Shown: positions 50,491 through 64,000 of the stretch, one piece after another
Layout of the letters: each line of letters starts with the position of its first letter
Position numbering within the stretch: position 1 is the first letter of the stretch
NCBI GenBank assembly: GCA_963762145.1
Contig: CAVXJS010000016.1
Span: 32,001 to 96,000 of the forward strand
Length of the DNA stretch: 64,000 bases
DNA from: an uncultured Candidatus Rokubacteria bacterium
GTDB lineage: Bacteria > Methylomirabilota > Methylomirabilia > Rokubacteriales > CSP1-6
Reading direction: 5' to 3'
Made by a program: the position numbers and the translations under genes
The notes under the pieces: generated by a model
Told to the model about the DNA's origin: nothing
Database searches by the model: none
The model's input: only the letters and a program-made list of their open reading frames with translations

Positions 50491-51649
50491 TCAGAACATG
50501 TTGGCTTCGGCGCGCAGCCGTCCCGCGGCGAAGCGGTCGAGGGTTAATGCGCCAATATCCATGCTGCGGGCGCGCCCGTCAAGGAGCATCTCGGTCATCA
50601 GGATGCCGATCGCGGGCGAGTGCATGAAGCCGTGCCCGGAGAAGCCGCACGCCACGTGAAAGCCGGGCGCCTGCGCGGCCGGGCCGAGAATGCCGTGGTA
50701 GTCGGGCGTCAGGTCGCGCACCCCCGCGTAGGACCGCATCACGTGGGCCTCGGCCAGCGGCGGCACCCGAAGAGCGGCCGCGCGGAAGACCGCGTCGAAG
50801 GCGTCCCAGTCGACGGTGGTGTCGTGGCCCGGCTTGATGTCCTTGTCGGTGCCTCCCATCAGCACCGCGCTCAGCCCCTGCCGGTGGACATAGAAGCCGG
50901 TATCGAGGTCGACGATCAGGGGAAAGACAGGCGGCAGCTCCGGCAGCGGCTCGGTGACCATGACCTGGCGCCGGTAGGGCTTCGACGGGATGTCCACGCC
51001 GGCCATGCGCGCCGATCTCGTCCGCGTGGGGTCCCGCGCAGTCGACCACGATCGGCGCGGACCATTCCGCGCCGGGCGTCTTCACGCCGATCACACGCTC
51101 TCCGGCCTTGACGATGCCGATGACCGGCGCGCCGGTCAGCAGGCGCAGGCCGCGGCTCCGCGCCACCTCCAGGAACCCCGAGAGCAACGAGTACGGATCG
51201 GCCGAGCCGTCGTCGGCGCAGAAGGTGCCCCCGAGCAGGTCGGCGGTCACGAGGGCGGCCAGATGGGACTGGATCTCGGACGGCGCCAGGAGCTCGCTCG
51301 CCACGCCGAGCCTCCGCTGCAGGGCCACGTTCTCGCGGCACTGCGCGAGCGTGGCCGCGTCGGTCGTCACGAAGAGATAGCCGTGGCGGAGGAAGTCCAC
51401 CGAGCGGCCAAGAATCTCGCGGTCGTGGGTGAAGTAGCGGTACGAGAGCTGGGTGAGGCGTACGTTGGACTCGGTGGAGAACTGGAAGCGCACGCCCCCG
51501 GTTGCCTTCGAGGTGGCGCCGGTGCCGGGCTCGGCCTCCTTCTCCAGCACGACCACGCGCAGGCGCGGATCACGCTCGAGGAGGTGGAAGGCGATGGAGC
51601 CGCCGATGATGCCGGCGCCGATGATGACGACGTCGGCGGTCTGGGTCAC
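50491..51649 (-). CDS. FAD-dependent oxidoreductase (DAO/sarcosine oxidase beta-like); indel at ~51008
   Basis: IIGAGIIG, TGGVRFQF, TPDYHGILG, GFSGHGFMHSP. Confidence 0.92.
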
Positions 51650-51662
51650 GCGGGGAGCGGGA

Positions 51663-52415
51663 TCAGGCGGGACGCGGGGCCAGCCCGTGGCGCACCGCCT
51701 CGTGCACCATGCGGACCAGCGTGGTGATGTCGAACACGGGCACGCCGGTCAGGGCCTGGATGTCGGCCCGGTAGGGCGGCATGTTCGTGCACTCGAGCAC
51801 GATGGCGCCGATCTCCGGGATGCGCGTCCATCATCCGCCGGGTCACCGTGAGGTGTTCCTGGCGCGCGGTCTCCACGTCGAGGGTGAGCTGATCGTCGAG
51901 CATCACGCGCGTGAACTCCTTCTCGGTCTCGAGCCCCGCGACCACCACCGGCACGTCCGGCGCGATCCCCGCCCCCGCCATGTGCTCGGCGTTCAAGCGC
52001 GGAGGCGTTTACGGTGAGGATGCCGACCGACCGCCCCGCGCGGCAGCATGCGGTGCACCAGCGGCACCAGCATGAGGCTCGAGGTGAATACCGGGATGGA
52101 GACCGCGGCGGCCAGCTCGGTCTGGAACTTGGCGAGGAACCCGCAGTTGGTGGTGACCGCGCGCACGCCCTCGCGCTCGAGGAAGCGAGCGCCCTCGATG
52201 AAGCTGGGCAGCAGCTCCCGCTGGCCCTGGCGGACCACCCGGTCCGGCGAGGCGCCGGTCACGCGGTGGTAGCGAACCGGGAAGTCGAAGGTGGTCGCAT
52301 TGCCCATGTCGCCCGGGATGCGCGGGAACTGGGTGTCGAGCATCAGGATGCCGACCGAGAAGCCGTAGAGATTCTGCCCGCCCTGTACTCGGCTCGCTCC
52401 GCTCACCGGGGTCAT
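51663..52415 (-). CDS. Asp/Glu/hydantoin racemase-family protein; indels
   Basis: GILML..FPRIPGD.GN, two Cys motifs TTNCGF and LECTNMPPY. Confidence 0.85.
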
Positions 52416-52451
52416 GTATTCGCTCGTCTCGCCTTCGGCTGCGTCTCGCCC
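52416..52451 (-). repeat. Copy of the GCC-GAA-GGC element abutting the racemase ATG
   Basis: Minus strand GGGCGAGACGCAGCCGAAGGCGAGACGAGCGAATAC|ATG. Confidence 0.88.
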
Positions 52452-52458
52452 TGCGAAG

Positions 52459-53299
52459 CTAGTTCAGCTGCGCCAGCTTCTGGCGGACGCGCCGGAGCTG
52501 GTTGCGCACCTGCTCGTGATCCGCCGCGTTGGGGAAATCGGTCAGGTACTGCTCCCAGTCGGCGACTCCGCGCTCGAGCCGCCCATGTTGCTCCACGCCG
52601 CGCCGCGGTCGCGCCGCTCCCCCGCCGAGGCCGGGTTGAGCACGAGCAGCCGGTCGATCACCCGGACCACCTTGTCCCAGGCCTCCCGGCGCCAGTAGAC
52701 GCCCTTCAGATTGGCGAGCATGCGGGTCAGGAACTGGCGCGTTGCCTACCGGCGCGAAGTGCTCCGGCGGCGAGCCGCACCGGCCGGCCCAGCGCCCGGC
52801 TGACCAGCTCCCGCAGCTCTCCGTGGTCAGGAGCGCGCCGCGGTTGAAGGGGTCGAGGAGCACCTGCTCGCCCGCGATGCGCGCGCCGGTGATGAAGTGC
52901 CCGGGCAGCCCGATGCCCTCCATCTCGAGATCCAGACGCGGCGGCCGACCTCGATCAGCACGAGGGACAGCGTGATCGGGATGCCGAGCCGCCGATTCAG
53001 GACCTCGTTCAGGTGACTGTTGCGCGGATCGAAGTAGTCCTCGCGGTTCCCCGAGAAGCCGAGCTCCTCGAAGAGGTACTCGCGAAGCCGGTGGAGGCGT
53101 CCGAGAGCATCGTCGGCGCGCCGCGCGGGCTCCGGCGCGCCGCGGCCAGCGCGGTCGAGGCGCGCGAGGTACGCGGCCACGTCGAGATCGGGCTGGTCGA
53201 CCGGCCGCGATCAGGAGGGCGGCGTGGGCGAGGTGGATCTGGTCGTCCGGGCGATCCACCGCCACGGCGAATGCGGCCAGCGACGGAGTCGGCGTCCAT
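52459..53299 (-). CDS. SirB1/YchA transglutaminase-like plus TPR protein; indels
   Basis: GFSGNREDYFDPRNS, RRLGIPITLS, GLPGHF, DPFN, ends AQLN. Confidence 0.88.
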
Positions 53300-53964
53300 C
53301 AACAGCCCGGGCGCGTGGTGGATGCCGGCGGTACGGAGCGCGGCGCCCTGCAGCTCCTCCGCGAGCGCCAGCGTGCGCGCGGAGACCCGGCGCGCCGCCT
53401 CCTGCGTCCTCCGGCGTGGTGGCCAGCTTGAGCAGGAGCGAGCGGCCGAGCTGGTGGTGGAAGCGCTCGTCCGGCTCGATGATTTCGCGGTAGAGCGTCG
53501 CGGTGAGTCGGTCGCCCGCGCGGTCGCAGAACTCGATGAACTGGCGGTTCTTGACCACCGCGATCGCCTCGCGGGTGAACTGGCCGGCGGCCACCCGCTC
53601 GACCGTGGTCGTCGAGCGAGTCGAGGTACTGAAGAGCGGGCCCGTATCCCTTGCGCGAGCGGATCGAAGCCGCGCGCGTCGAAGCCGAGCTCGCCCAGGC
53701 GCTCGGCGATCATCCGGTAGTGCTTGGCCTCGTCGCCGGCCTGGCGGGCGAAGGCCATCTTCACCTCGACGTCGGAGGTGGTCGTCAGCCAGCGCGCGGC
53801 GATCTCGGTGGCCTCGATCTCGTTCTTGAGGGCGACCTTCAGCAGATTGACGACGTTCAGGTTGCCCGTCGACCTCGGGCGTGAGGGTCGCGTCGGGCGC
53901 GAGGCGGCGGAGGAGCGCCTGGTTGCGTCTCGTCCAGCTCGGCGACGAACTCGGCGGCGGTCAC
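53299..53964 (-). CDS. Ferritin-like di-iron domain protein; indels
   Basis: NEIEA..DEAKH..REAIA..DERFH (E/ExxH twice); ends HHAPGC. Confidence 0.82.
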
Positions 53965-54316
53965 GCGGCGCAGGCCCCGCTGGAGGAGCTCGGGCAGCTC
54001 CTGGGTCAGCGCTTCCTTGGTCACCACCCGGCGGCAGCGGCGCGTGCAGCGGCTGGGTCGTCCGCGCCAGCGCGTGGGTGGTGTAGCCGAGCACGCGGAG
54101 CGGCGGGCACGCGCGTCCAGGCGCGGCGAAGATCGCGTCGTAGTCCCAGCCGTCGGTGGTGAGGTCCACGATGACCAGGGCGGGCGGCTCGCCTTCGAGC
54201 GCGGCGGCCAGCTCCTCGGGGGTGCGCGCGAACACGAGCGGGGTGCCGACGAGGCGCGCGGTCTCCCGAATGCGGGCGACGAAGAAGAGGTCCTGGACGA
54301 CGGCGACGGCCTTGAT
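53961..54316 (-). CDS. Small degenerate receiver (CheY-like) protein; apparent ATC start
   Basis: AVVQDLFFVARI, PALVIVDL, VLGYTTH; GTGA overlap with the ferritin-like gene. Confidence 0.65.
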
Positions 54317-54330
54317 GGAGCGACTCCGCT

Positions 54331-54880
54331 CTAGTCGTCCTGCTCCTGGACGCCGAGCCAGTACTTGTTCCACTCGGCGAGGTGCGTCAGCGTCGAGAGG
54401 TCGCGCATGCGGTCGAGGTAGACGATGCCGTCAGGTGATCGGTCTCGTGCTGGATCACCCGCGCGAAGAAGTCCTTGGCCACGACGTCGATCTGGTCTGC
54501 CCTCGCGGTCGTAGCGCCTCGAGGCGGACGGCGGTCAAGCGCGGCACCATGCCCGCGCATGTCGGGCACGGACAGGCAGCCCTCCCAGCCCTCCTCCATC
54601 TCCTCGGTGAGCGGCGTCACCCGCGGGTTGACCAGCACGGTGAGCGGGACCTCGGCGGCGTCGGGGTAGCGCGGGTTGCCGTTGACCTCGATCACGCAGA
54701 TCTGCCTGGGCACGTGCACCTGGGTCGCGGCGAGGCCGGCGCCGTTGTACTCGCGCATCGTCTCGATCATGTCGTCGATCAGCCGCTGGATTTCCGCGAG
54801 CGGATCTCGGCGACCGGGACGGGCTCCGCGGCCTGGCGGAGCACGGGATGACCGAGACGGGCGACCTTCAGGATGGCCAT
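54331..54880 (-). CDS. def: Peptide deformylase; indels
   Basis: [29 protein letters not shown]. Confidence 0.95.
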
Positions 54881-54904
54881 GCGCGTTCTCCTCTCGCGGT
54901 CGAA

Positions 54905-55899
54905 TTGTAGCATGGGCCGGTCTGCGGCCGGAATCGGCGGGCGCGGCGACCGGGCGAGCCCGCGCCTCGTTCTCCAGGTAGATCTGGGCGTTGCGGCGGA
55001 GCCCTCGGCGGCTTCGCGCGAAGCAGCGGGGTGCCCGCGAACCGCCGGCGGAGCGCGTCGTCGTCCATCGCGGCACACGGCCGCCGCGCCCGGAAACGGA
55101 GCAGGCGGCGCGAAGGCCGGCTCGCGGGTCACGGGCGCCTTGCGGTTCCACGGGCAGACGTCCTGGCAGATGTCGCAGCCGAACAGCCAGCCGGCCATCA
55201 CCGGCGTGCGCGTCCGGGTCGATGTCGCCGCGGTGCTCGATCGTCAGGTAGGAGATGCAGCGGCGCGCGTCGAGCACGTACGGCGCCGGCGAAGGCGCCG
55301 GTCGGGCAGGCGTCGAGGCAGGCGCGGCAGGTGCCGCAGCGGTCGGGCGAGCGGCTCATCGTGGGTCGAGCTCGGCGGTGGTCAGCACCACGCCGATGAA
55401 GAACCAGGAGCCGAGCTCGCGGGTGGAGCAGCATCGTGTTCTTGCCGATCCAGCCGAGGCCGGCGCGCGCGGCGAGGTCGCGCTCCAGCACCGGCCCGGT
55501 GTCGACGTAGCCGCGGCTCCGCGCGCCGGCGGCCTCGGCGAGGATGCGCGGCGAGCCGCTCGAGCCGCGGTCCGATGACGTCGTGATAGTCGCGGCCCCA
55601 GGCGTAGCGGGCGACCGGCGCCCAGGACGGATCGGCCGCGCCGTCGCCCTGGTAGTAGTTGAGCGCGACGCACAGACGGAGCGCGCGCCGGGCAGGACGC
55701 GCGCGCGGGTCGAGGCGCTCCGCCACGGCGGCGCTCCAGGTAGCCCATGGTGCGCGGCGTGGCCCGCGTCCAGCCAGCGGCGGAGCGCGGGCGCCGTGCG
55801 CGGGCGGGGTGGCCGGCCCGATCGCGCACGCGATCGAAGCCCAGGCTCGAGCGCGTGCGCCTTGACCGAATCGGTGAGCGCGGTGGCGAGCAGCGTCAT
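54905..55899 (-). CDS. queG: Epoxyqueuosine reductase; many indels, 3' end approximate
   Basis: [59 protein letters not shown]. Confidence 0.92.
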
Positions 55900-55932
55900 G
55901 TCATCCGCCGGCGCGCCTTCGGCTCACTCGCC
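55900..55932 (-). repeat. Degenerate copy of the GCC-GAA-GGC element abutting the queG ATG
   Basis: Minus strand GGCGAGTGAGCCGAAGGCGCGCCGGCGGATGAC|ATG. Confidence 0.55.
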
Positions 55933-56554
55933 GAGCTCCTGCGCGGGCCTTCACGAGCAGGTGGCTGCGGGTGAGCGTGCGCCCGCCCGACTCGAGGAAC
56001 GCGATGTAGCGAAACCAGCGGCCGTCGGCCTTCCAGCGGTCCTGGAGCCCCACCGCCGCGGCCAGACCCTCCTCGACCGAGGCGAAGCGGCGCTCACTCG
56101 CGCTCGACCTCCAGCGCCTCGACCGCGAAGCCCGCGCGGTCGAGCGCGGCGCGCATGCGCGCCTCGTCGTAGGCGAAGCGCGAGACGCTGCCGGTCTCCT
56201 TCCACTGGTCGACGTGGAAGGCGACCAGCGCGACGCAGCGCCCGGGGGCGAGCGCCGCGGCCGGCGCGCTCGATGATCGCGTCGGAGGCGAAGAGGTGGG
56301 CGGTGACCAGGTCCGGTGCTGCCAGGGTCGTAGTCGGCGCGGTCGACGTCGGCCTCGTGGAACTCGACGTTGCCGAGGCCCGCCGCGGCGGCGCGGCGCC
56401 GGGCCTCGGATGAGCGAGGCGCGTCGCGGTCGAGGCCGACGACGTTGCGGGCGTGCGCGGCCAGCGCCAGGGCCAGGCGCCCCGCGCCGCATCCGACGTC
56501 GAGGACGCGGCTTGCGCCGAGCGCTCCTGCGCGAGCAGACGAGGAAGCGGGCGA

Positions 56555-56558
<4 letters not shown>
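55924..56558 (-). CDS. Class I SAM-dependent methyltransferase; heavily frameshifted, 3' end uncertain
   Basis: VLDVGCGAGRL, NVEFHEADVD and FHVDQWKETG fragments. Confidence 0.65.
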
Positions 56559-60095
<3,537 letters not shown>

Positions 60096-60170
60096 GGGAT
60101 ACATATTAGCGCATGCGCGCGGCTGGCCAGCGCATGCCCACCCGCCTGCCGCGGCGCCCCGCGCGTCGGG

Positions 60171-61790
60171 TCAGCGGCGCTTCTTGCGCGTCCGGAGGTC
60201 CACCGCGCCAGGGCGGCGGCGGGGATCCTCGCCCCGGGGGAAGATCTGGGTCTTCTGGACCTTCTGGGTCCCGGTGGTCGGGAGGCTCTCGACGAAGAGC
60301 ACCCAGCCGGGGGCCTTGAAGTAGGCGAGGCGCTCGAGGCAGAAGTCGCAGAGGCGCTCGGCCAGGGCCTGGTCCGGCGCTGGCGCCGGGCATCGGCACC
60401 ACGCAGGCCATGACCTCTTCCTCGCGGAGCTCGTCGGGCACCGCGAGCACCGCCACCTGGGCCACCGCCTCGTGGGCCTGGAGCGCGGCCTCGACCTCCG
60501 CGGCCGCGATGTTCTCGCCCGAGCGCCGGATGATGTTCTTCTTGCGGTCGACGAAGATCAGCATGCCGTCGGTGGTCCGGCGCACCACGTCGCCGGTGTG
60601 GAACCACCCGCCGCGCCACGCCTCGCGGGTGGCCTCGTCGTTCTTCAGGTAGCCGGAGAAGAAGCCGTGGCGCGGACCCTCGGCGCCGCCCCAGCGCACG
60701 AGCAGCTCCCCTTCCGTCTCGGACGCGCAGATCCCGATCCTGCTCGTCCACCACGCGGGCCTCGAAGCCGTCCCGCGGCCGGCCGAAGGCGCGCGTGTGG
60801 ATCATGCCGCGGCTCGCGGCGGTCGGCGAAGATGCGGCCGGTCTCGGTCATGCCCCAGACCTCGACCAGGGGGAAGCCGAAGCGCTCCTCGAACGCTGCG
60901 TGAAGCTCGGGCTCGACGCCCGCGCCGAGCCCGAACTTGACCCGGTGCGCGGGCTCCTCGGGCGTCCGGCGGCTGGTTGAGCAGGAGCGGCGGCATCACG
61001 CCGAGGTAGTGGATCATCGTGGCCCGCGTGGCCGCCACGTCCGGCCACCAGCGGCGCGGGCTGAAGCGCTCGGGCAGGATCGAGGCAGTTCGCGGTGAGG
61101 ATCGCGCAGGTCGCGGTCACCGCCTGGCAGTTCATGTGGAAGAGCGGCAGCGGGTTCAGGAACCGCTCGCGCCCGGGCTCGATGGCGAGCCGCGCCGCCC
61201 AGGTCCGCGGTACCAGGCGCCGGCGTTCAGGTAGTAGAGGTTGGTCAGCACGCAGCCCTTGGGCCGGCCGGTGGTGCCCGAGGTGTAGAGCAGGCCGCAC
61301 TCGGTGTCGAGCCCGGGCGCGCCGCGCGCGGGGCGCCGGGCCGGGGCGCGGCAGCGCGGCGGGCAGCGCGCTCGCGTCCACCACCGGCAGCGGCTCGGTC
61401 GCGCTCGCGGCCGCGGCCTCGAGGTCGGCCACGCGCGCGGGGACGGACACCGCGAGGGCCGCCTCGGAGTGGTCTATCTGGTAGGCGAGCTCGTCGTGGC
61501 GGTAGTCCGGGTTGACCGGCACCACGCCGCAGCCGAGCGCGTTGAGCGCCAGGTAGTGGAAGAAGAACTCCGGGCCGGTTCTCGAGGAGCAGGGCGACCC
61601 GATGGCCGTGGCCGTAGCCGGCCGCCGCGTAGCGCTCCCTGAAGCGGAGCACCTCCGCGCGCACCGCCGCGTAGGTGAACTCGACGCCGTCCGGATGGTA
61701 CGCACGGCCGGGTGCCGGCGGCGCGCAGAGGAACGGCGCGTCCGGCGCCGCGTCCGCGGTTGCCATGAAGGCCTCGAAGACGGTCTGCAC
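60171..61790 (-). CDS. AMP-binding acyl-CoA ligase (CaiC-like); indels
   Basis: YTSGTTGRPKG, PLFH, WGMTE, WFHTGD, DRKKNIIRRSGENI. Confidence 0.92.
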
Positions 61791-61883
61791 GGCTCACGAC
61801 TGTCGCCCACGGCCCGCGCCCTGTCAATCGGGAGCGCGCCCGGGCCTCTCGGCCGCGGGCCTGAGGTATACTCCGTCGCGACG

Positions 61884-64000
61884 ATGGACAACCCGCTCGG
61901 CTCCTCGCTCCGCCGCAAGGAAGATCAACGCCTCATCACCGGCCGCGGCCGCTACGTCGAGGATCTCCGCTTTCCCGGCATGCTGCACGCGGCCTTCGTG
62001 CGGAGCCCGCACGCCCACGCGCGCGTACGCTCGATCGACGCCGCCGCCGCGCGCGGCCTGGGCGGGGTCGTCGCGGTCTACACCGCGCGTGATCTGCCGG
62101 AGTGCGCCCGGCCCATCCCGCCGTCGATGGCGGTGCCCGCCGGCTTCCGGCCGACCACGCAGCCGGTCTTCGCGGATCCGCTCGTGCGCTACGTGGGCGA
62201 GGTGGTTGCCGCGGTGATCGCCGAGGACGCCTACGCGGCGGCCGACGCCGCGGCGGCGGTGCGGGTGGACTACGAGCCCCTGCCCGCCGCCGGCACCATG
62301 GCGCGCGCGCTCGAGGCCGACGCGCCGCGCGTGTTCGACGGCTGGCCCGACAACGTGGCCGGGCTCTCGACCGCCCGGGTGGGCGATCCGGCCGCCGCCT
62401 TCGCGGGCGCCGAGGTGGTGGTGGAGGCGCGGCTCGGCATCGGCCGGGTGCACGGGGTGCCGATCGAGACCCGCGGGATCGTGGCCGCGCCCGCGGGCCC
62501 CGACGGCCGCCTCACCCTGTGGACGTCCTCCCAGAGTCCCTACGGGCTGCGCTCGTGCATCGCGGCCGCGTTCGAGCTCGCCGAGGAGCAGGTCCGCGTC
62601 GTGGTCGTGGACACCGGCGGGGGCTTCGGGATCAAGGGCCACGCGTACTCCGAGGACCTCATCGTCACCGCGGCGGCCCGCCGGCTCGATCGGCCGGTGA
62701 AATGGACGGAGTCCCGTCGGGAGCACTTCCTCACCGCCTCGCCCGATCGAGGGCAGCAGCACGTGGCGCGCCTCGGGCTGAGCCGGGAGGGTCGGATCAC
62801 CGCGCTCGAGACCCGGTTCACGCGCGAGCACGGCGCCTATGTCGCGAGCGGCGAGGTGGTGACCCGCAATACCATCAACCACCTGCCCGGGCCGTATCGG
62901 GTGCCGACCATCGAGGTCAGCGCGTCCAACGTGGTCACCAACGCGGTGTTCGGCGCCGCGTACCGGGGCTCGGGACGGCCCGAGGCCAACTTCGTCCTGG
63001 AGCGCCTGATGGATCGCGCGGCCCGCGCGCTCGGCCTGGACCCCGCGGAGATCAGGCGGCGCAACATGATCCGCTCCGACGAGATGCCGTATCGCACCGG
63101 CCTCGTCTACCGCGACGGCACGCCGGTCTCCTACGATCCGGCCGACTACGTCGGCACCTTCGACCGGCTCCTCGCCGACTTCGCCTACCCGGAGTGGCGT
63201 CGCCGCCAGGTCGAGACGGCCGGGAGCGCGCGGCCGATCGGGGTGGGGCTCGCGGCCTACGTGCAGGGCACCGGAGTGGGCCCGTTCGAGAGCGCGGACG
63301 TGCGCATCGACTCCGCCGGGACGGTGCACGTCTACATCGGCGTCTCCTCCCAGGGCCAGTCGCACGAGACGACCATGGCCCAGATCGCGGCCTCCGAGCT
63401 CGGCGTGGACGCGGACCGGGTGTTCGTGATCGCGGCCGACACGACCCTGCTGCCCTACGGCAATGGCACCGGCGGTAGCCGGGTCGCCGCCAACGCGGGC
63501 CCGTCGGTGGCGCGTACCGCTCGCGAGGTGGCGGGCAAGGCGCGCGTGGTGGCCGCGGAGATGCTCGAGTGCGCGCCCGCCGACATCGTGCTGGCCGCGG
63601 GCCGGGCCCACGTGGCGGGGCTCCCCGAGCGAGGCGTGGCCCTGGGCGATCTCTCGCGCGCGGCGGTGCGGAGCAAGACGCTGCTGCGCGAGGCGCGCCC
63701 GGGCCTGCAGGCCTGCGGCTACTTCGCCCCCGAGACGGTCACCTTCGCCTTCGGCGCCCAGGCCTGCGCGGTGGAGGTGGACGCGGAGACGGGTCGGGTG
63801 CGGATCCTGCGCTATCTCGCGGTGCACGACTGCGGGCGGGCCATCAATCCCATGATCGTGGACGGCCAGCTCCACGGCGGCCTGGCGGGCGGGATCGGCA
63901 CCGCGCTGATGGAGGACGTGGTCTACGATGCCGAGGGGCAGCTCCTGACCGGGAGCCTGATGGACTACGCGATCCCGTCGGCCGCCGACCTGCCCGCCTT
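61884..64000 (+). CDS. Xanthine dehydrogenase-family molybdopterin-binding large subunit (CoxL form II-like); runs off the window end
   Basis: RKEDQRLITGRGRY, VRSPHAHA, GGGFGIK, AYRGSGRPE, QGQSHET, DCGRAINP..GQLHGG; missing from the ORF track because there is no stop in the window. Confidence 0.93.
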   Translation, partial: MDNPLGSSLRRKEDQRLITGRGRYVEDLRFPGMLHAAFVRSPHAHARVRSIDAAAARGLGGVVAVYTARDLPECARPIPPSMAVPAGFRPTTQPVFADPLVRYVGEVVAAVIAEDAYAAADAAAAVRVDYEPLPAAGTMARALEADAPRVFDGWPDNVAGLSTARVGDPAAAFAGAEVVVEARLGIGRVHGVPIETRGIVAAPAGPDGRLTLWTSSQSPYGLRSCIAAAFELAEEQVRVVVVDTGGGFGIKGHAYSEDLIVTAAARRLDRPVKWTESRREHFLTASPDRGQQHVARLGLSREGRITALETRFTREHGAYVASGEVVTRNTINHLPGPYRVPTIEVSASNVVTNAVFGAAYRGSGRPEANFVLERLMDRAARALGLDPAEIRRRNMIRSDEMPYRTGLVYRDGTPVSYDPADYVGTFDRLLADFAYPEWRRRQVETAGSARPIGVGLAAYVQGTGVGPFESADVRIDSAGTVHVYIGVSSQGQSHETTMAQIAASELGVDADRVFVIAADTTLLPYGNGTGGSRVAANAGPSVARTAREVAGKARVVAAEMLECAPADIVLAAGRAHVAGLPERGVALGDLSRAAVRSKTLLREARPGLQACGYFAPETVTFAFGAQACAVEVDAETGRVRILRYLAVHDCGRAINPMIVDGQLHGGLAGGIGTALMEDVVYDAEGQLLTGSLMDYAIPSAADLPA

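Noticed and set aside
54331-55899. QueG-Def fusion (no stop visible between them)
   Set aside because: def has its own TGCTACAAT promoter and AGGAG SD, and the region is error-rich, so a lost stop is more likely.
60096-60170. SAM or cobalamin riboswitch upstream of metH
   Set aside because: The gap is only 75 bp, no conserved aptamer motif is visible, and the -10 box sits 7 nt from the ATG, leaving no leader.

Overview
This is very GC-rich bacterial chromosomal DNA, densely coded with housekeeping and metabolic genes. Gene content and style resemble Candidatus Rokubacteria/Methylomirabilota, but that is an inference. Many recognisable genes are broken by single-base indels, worst at about 33.7-36.5 kb and 52-61.6 kb. 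Essential genes such as def and metH are affected, so these are most likely long-read assembly errors rather than pseudogenes. Recognisable content includes a CoA-transferase, several SDRs, a TPR-polB pair convergent with an Rv2578c/PA0069-type radical SAM gene, an RRM protein, moeA-tldD-tldE-tktN-tktC, an ABC-2 exporter, a methyltransferase-GT2-DUF2079 cluster, fabL-like/uppP/tcuA-like genes, an HD-GYP regulator, a second tldD-pmbA-tatD-pepT-like operon, a TPP riboswitch with thiS-thiG-thiE-thiO, yyaL, ygfZ, mutY, mutT, a TAXI-TRAP transporter, def, queG, metH, a CoA ligase and a CoxL-like molybdoprotein. I saw no tRNA, rRNA, CRISPR array, transposase or phage gene. Features the gene list does not explain are: (1) a dispersed ~36-bp GCC-GAA-GGC mini-hairpin element that always lies at gene junctions in the sense orientation and is amplified to a 5 x 52-bp array whose mini-ORFs link the upstream stop to the downstream start; (2) two other REP/MITE-like palindrome families; (3) beta-clamp-like motifs at the C-termini of both convergent DNA-repair genes; (4) pervasive leaderless -10 promoters; (5) two apparent ATC start codons; (6) an HtrA-like protein lacking its catalytic His and Ser.
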